Positions 58,961 to 64,000 of a DNA stretch of 64,000 nucleotides are shown here, piece after piece; position 1 is the stretch's first letter, and each line of letters starts with the position of its first letter. Origin of the DNA: Chrysomallon squamiferum. Its lineage: Eukaryota; Animalia; Mollusca. The stretch is taken from assembly GCA_012295275.1 (NCBI GenBank), contig CM022667.1:17298001-17362000 (forward strand), given 5' to 3'. The notes below the pieces were generated by a model. The model saw only the letters and a list, made by a program, of their open reading frames with translations. It was not told the DNA's origin and made no database searches. A program made the translations under genes and the position numbers.

Positions 58961-61569
58961 TAAAAACAAAACAACACAAAAAATCCCCGTTCTGATTAAA
59001 TCTCAGATTAGCGTTGAATTTAAATTAATATATGAGATAGTCAGCATGATGGCAATCATAATAAAAGTGTGTGTTTTTGTTGTTGTTTTTTTTTTTCTTT
59101 TAGGGTCTTCATTATCATTATCGTCGTAGTCGTTGTTATTGTTTTTATTATTATTTATTCATTTCGTTCTTTCTCTTTTTTCTCTTTAACTCTCAGCATC
59201 TTCCTTTCTCCTGTTAATTCCTTTGTTGTTTTTTCCCGTTCTTCCATAATGGTATTGATTTCTGCCAGCTAATAAAAACAAGCCTCTTATCGCTTACGTA
59301 CATTTGTATTTTCAGTGTAAGCAGTGTTACGCGGATAGCGTTCACCGAGCCCCAGTGCTCCAGCACCGCGCTATCACAGCCAGGGTCACGCTGCTGATAC
59401 GTCACACGACAAATCGTAACCTAGCGGAGTTTTTTTTTTTTCCCCTCTCGGGATCCTGTGAAACTGGCATATTTCACACAAAGTGTGGAATTTTATCGGG
59501 GAATGTAGTTTGCTAATCACTGTTACAGGGGTCACAAAGGAGGAGAAACGTGAGGTGGGGTTTTAATCTGATTTCAAAATCTCAGACTGCTGGTTAGAAC
59601 ACAAACCTTAATCTGAACAGAAAAATGAAGGAAAACTAAAACAAACAATAATAATAATACTGTGATCGCGGTCATGGATGATATATAGTATTTCCCAAAA
59701 ATATAAAGACTAGAATTTATTTATTTATTTATCTATTTATTTTTTTTTTTTTTTATTTTTTTGTTTATTTGTTTATTTGTTTGTCTGCTTGTTTGTTTAA
59801 TTGTTTATCTCTATCTATCTAGCTATCTAAAAAAAAAAATTATATTTCTAATGTACATATTTTGATTACTCTGTAGAAGGAAAACTTAATAAAGATCAAG
59901 AAGAAGATGACGATGATGAACACTCGGAAGAAACTGTTAGAAACAAAATGAAATCACAATGATAAAAAAGAAATTATAAAGTGCCTACGGCGAATCTGGA
60001 AGTAGTTTCGAAAGTCCGTTAAAAAGTTTCTGTCTTTTGAGTATTCAGATCAGTGCTTAATAAATTACACACTGGGGAGGGCAATCTTCTTTAGGACGAT
60101 TAAAACTATTTAGTTTTCAACTTCAGTAAAAACCTTCTCGATATCTGTCCCGTGGGTTCGCTCTGGGGTCAGGCGTTTCCCTTAATTTAACATTTATTTA
60201 TATATTCTTGATATGGACTGGCTACAACAGTTCATAAAATTTACCACATATAACTATTTCTATTAGAAAGGACGAATGTAGAATACTAATTCCAGTCGCC
60301 AAGTGCTACTGTTCTTTTATTTTTATTTTATAAAAAGAAAAATGAAAATAAATTACATAATTTCATATCATTTCATTACACTGACGAATGCGATGGCGCT
60401 ACAAATACTATTTTATTATTTTATTTTATTTTATTTTATTTTATTATTTATTTATTTATTATTACTTTTATTTATATTTTTATTTTTATTTCTTGCTTTT
60501 TATTTTTTTACTATTATTATTATTTTTTATATATTTTTTATATTTTTTTTTTTGTTGTTGTTGTTGTTGTTGTTGTTGAATACAAAATGGATTCTCTCCT
60601 GGTAACAGACAAAACCAGGAAGTCCCTCTGTATATTAATTTTAATTCAGTAAATAAGACTATCAAACTGATTCGTTACTGGAGCCGCAGCAAACGATTTC
60701 GTTAACGTTCGTGCAGAAATATGACTGGTCTTCAAAGCTCGTCAATATTTTCATGTTTACGGCGAAACAAACAGTCGGTTACCAGTTTCCATTTGAAGTT
60801 AAAAAGCCGTGAATTACCGCAAACGACCTGCTTCTTCTCGCTGTACTGTTTGATCTCAAACTGGTTAAGATCCGTAAAAGTAAAACTTTTGGAAAATATT
60901 ACAAATAAACCGACGCACAAGCTTTGTGAACACGCGAGCTCTGTTAGTTATTTTTCGCGTCTTTAATTCGCCAAATGACTGTAATAATGACAAACCAAAC
61001 AAACAGCGCGAGTTCCTATAGTCTTCAAAACACCGCCTAAATGGATCCCTTTGAGTTAATCGTCTGACAAATTACTTCCCACGTGTTTCCAGTTTGATAG
61101 CGGCTGGGCGTCCCCGCGACTGCGCGGTGTTTACTCACACACCGCTGGTCAGTTGACCGTACGAATGACCACTGCGATGACCACGACGCCTGCTGGTTTT
61201 TTTTTTTCCACGGACGACGAAGAAATGATTTTATTTGTGTTCTAAGAAAACAACGCCGCTGTCTTTTCAAATCGTGCGAGAATTTTTGAAACGTGTCAGA
61301 AACACGTGTACACATTTTTTGTTTAAATTTTATTTTACAAAAATTGGACTTATTTCTTTTTTTTTTTTTTTTTGGTTCTCTCCAAATTTACTTGTCTTAT
61401 ATAATTATTTGTTTTTATTTAATATTTACTAATCTTGTTTATATACACATAGTGCTGTTTGTTTCTTATTAATGTCATTGTTAATATATAAAGAAAATTG
61501 CATAGAAAGAAGCACAAAAGAGAACAAAATATGTAGGTAATGGAATAATATAAAAACATGCAAAAACTG

Positions 61570-61950
<381 letters not shown>

Positions 61951-62403
61951 TCTCTACTTCGTGTCAACTCGAATAACGTACTGACAGATTATTTGGCTAC
62001 CACATCTGATTCGGTTTCCAGTGCAGCTCCTGGGAACAGCTCCTGGGAACAGCACTTGGCCTGTGGGTACTCCGCGGCGGGTCTGTCGCAGTGGATTTAA
62101 AACAACACGCCTATCGCCTTGCCCCCGTCCCTCTTCGGCTGATAACGAGCGAGTCACTTGTCACGTCGTGAAGTCGAGAACAAGTGCTGATCCGAGAAAT
62201 ATTCCAGGAATATTCCCGTCACGCTTCCACAGATCAGCGGCCTCGTAAGTAATGGGTCGCGTTTCCGTGTGATGTTTATTTTCTTTATGGAAGTCACGTA
62301 CAATTAGAATATATATTTTTATTTCTAAGACCAATCTTCAGTGTGCTTGTCTCTGTGAGTCGGTGGGTAAAACATTGTAAATTTATACCTTTTAATATAC
62401 ATT

Positions 62404-62439
<36 letters not shown>

Positions 62440-62624
62440 AATAAAATAGAATTAATATTTAATAAATAGCTCAGCAAATGGTGTTAAAAAGAATTAAAAA
62501 ACGAGAACAAATCTAGAACATCCTACATCATTTCTTTAAACAGTAGGCTGCATATTTGTGTATAAATACTTTCAGTTATACATAACTAGAGGAGTAAATT
62601 AAAAAAAAAAAAAATAGCACACTC

Positions 62625-62658
<34 letters not shown>

Positions 62659-62881
62659 AGAAACATACAAAAAGCAACAAATATACACTTCAAGACAGAG
62701 AAAAAGAAATAACTCCTTATAAAGACATATGTTAATATTAACAATTATTTTCTTTATTGCCACACAAGTATATATAATAAGCTAGAAAAACAAAATATAA
62801 TCAAACAAATTATTAATTATTTACAAATGCATGACTTATAGCACACTTACTCCCATGTCTCGTGGTATTTTTTTATACTTC

Positions 62882-62890
62882 GACCACCCA
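62882..62890 (+). promoter_or_regulatory. Perfect Gli/Ci consensus site GACCACCCA, next to a T-box-like half site (ACACCT 62898-62903)
   Basis: Exact 9-mer match, about 17.7 kb upstream of the FoxF ATG. Function is not demonstrated. Confidence 0.35.
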
Positions 62891-63202
62891 TTTTGACACA
62901 CCTCTTCCATGCACAGGGAGGTCTCGAGTTATTGGACGATCAAGTCAGAAATTCAAGTATAGTTTATATAAAAACATCCGTTCCTTTATCTCACATAAGA
63001 AACGGGAGGGTTTTTAATGGCAGCTGTTAAATCTTGTAAAAGAACAGTTTATTTGGACAGTTCATTTTTCTAGTTTTAATAGACGCATTCATCAATGAAA
63101 CATTTATAGTAAGTACAGATAAACGAAAAAACGAAATCTTTTCTAATAAATTGTTTTAATTTTAAAAATATTTTCTTAATTATTTTTAATTTTGTTATTG
63201 TT

Positions 63203-63234
<32 letters not shown>

Positions 63235-63390
63235 TTCTACACGCTGCAATGTGACTGACTTTAATCAGAGGTTTCGCCTTACTTCTATTATTTTACTTTA
63301 TTTATTTGTTTGTTTGTGTTATTCATTTATTCATTCATTCGTTATCACTATTATCATTATTATTACGTCTACTACTATTATTACTATTAC

Positions 63391-63433
<43 letters not shown>

Positions 63434-64000
63434 TATTTAGTTATTTAGTTATTTAGTTATTAAAAAAAATATCTTTTTTTTTCTTCTTTTTTTGCAATTA
63501 GCATTTATATTTGTATTAAGTATTAATTTATTATCAACAAATAAAAAGTGTATTTAACTGTACTAATATATTTTCATATACACATCGCTTCCAGTATTAA
63601 TTTTATAGAGATGAATAAGTTTAATTTTAAAAATTATAATAAAATAAACTAAGATATATATATAAAACTAATACATATATATAATACATTTTTTAAATTA
63701 TTTACTTATATATATATATATGTTACTGGAACTAGTAACATGTTTCTACTACCTCAAGAACCTGTCATACGTAACATAATTCTGAAATACTTTGTTTCGT
63801 TCTTTTAATTGATTATCTAACAATGCCAATGAATTTTAAAATGCGTTAGAATCACTAACATTACTGAGTAAATATTTTAACCTTAAATTAACAGAGAAAT
63901 AATATTTTTTACTTTATATGTACGTCTTCTTGTCTCTATAGGATAACAAAATTTGAAATGAAAAATGAAATTATAGATAATATATGAACTGTAACGTTTT

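Noticed and set aside
59320-59396. TATCACAGCCAG matches the 5' 12 nt of miR-2 and lies in a loose inverted repeat
   Set aside because: The 3' half does not match miR-2 and the fold lacks a continuous pre-miRNA stem.

Overview
This is eukaryotic (animal) DNA, not prokaryotic: very AT-rich, dense in microsatellites, with a spliceosomal GT-AG intron. The FoxF sequence and repeat content suggest a lophotrochozoan/mollusc-like invertebrate (inference). Only one host protein-coding gene can be supported, a minus-strand two-exon FoxF forkhead transcription factor. Exon 1 CDS is 45134-44076 and carries an apparent 1-bp homopolymer frameshift at 44884-44888. A 19.6-kb phase-1 intron follows, then a small exon 2 (24468-24338, ...CDRKPYF...SSMHPSAYYEKCAM*) that the ORF track misses. 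The repaired protein is about 396 aa. The rest is a gene desert in which CpG-retaining unique islands of a few hundred bp alternate with microsatellite blocks. The islands are enriched for CACGTG and carry Gli, CSL, TCF, T-box and Fox motifs, consistent with a FoxF regulatory landscape. Mobile DNA comprises an internally deleted Tc1/mariner-superfamily element 2 kb upstream of FoxF and a ~1-kb foldback/MITE plus a partial second copy at the window start. Several minisatellites and a degenerate TTAGGG tract are also present. Almost all other ORFs in the track are microsatellite artefacts. I found no CRISPR array, rRNA or tRNA, and nothing that I can support as a new multi-gene system.
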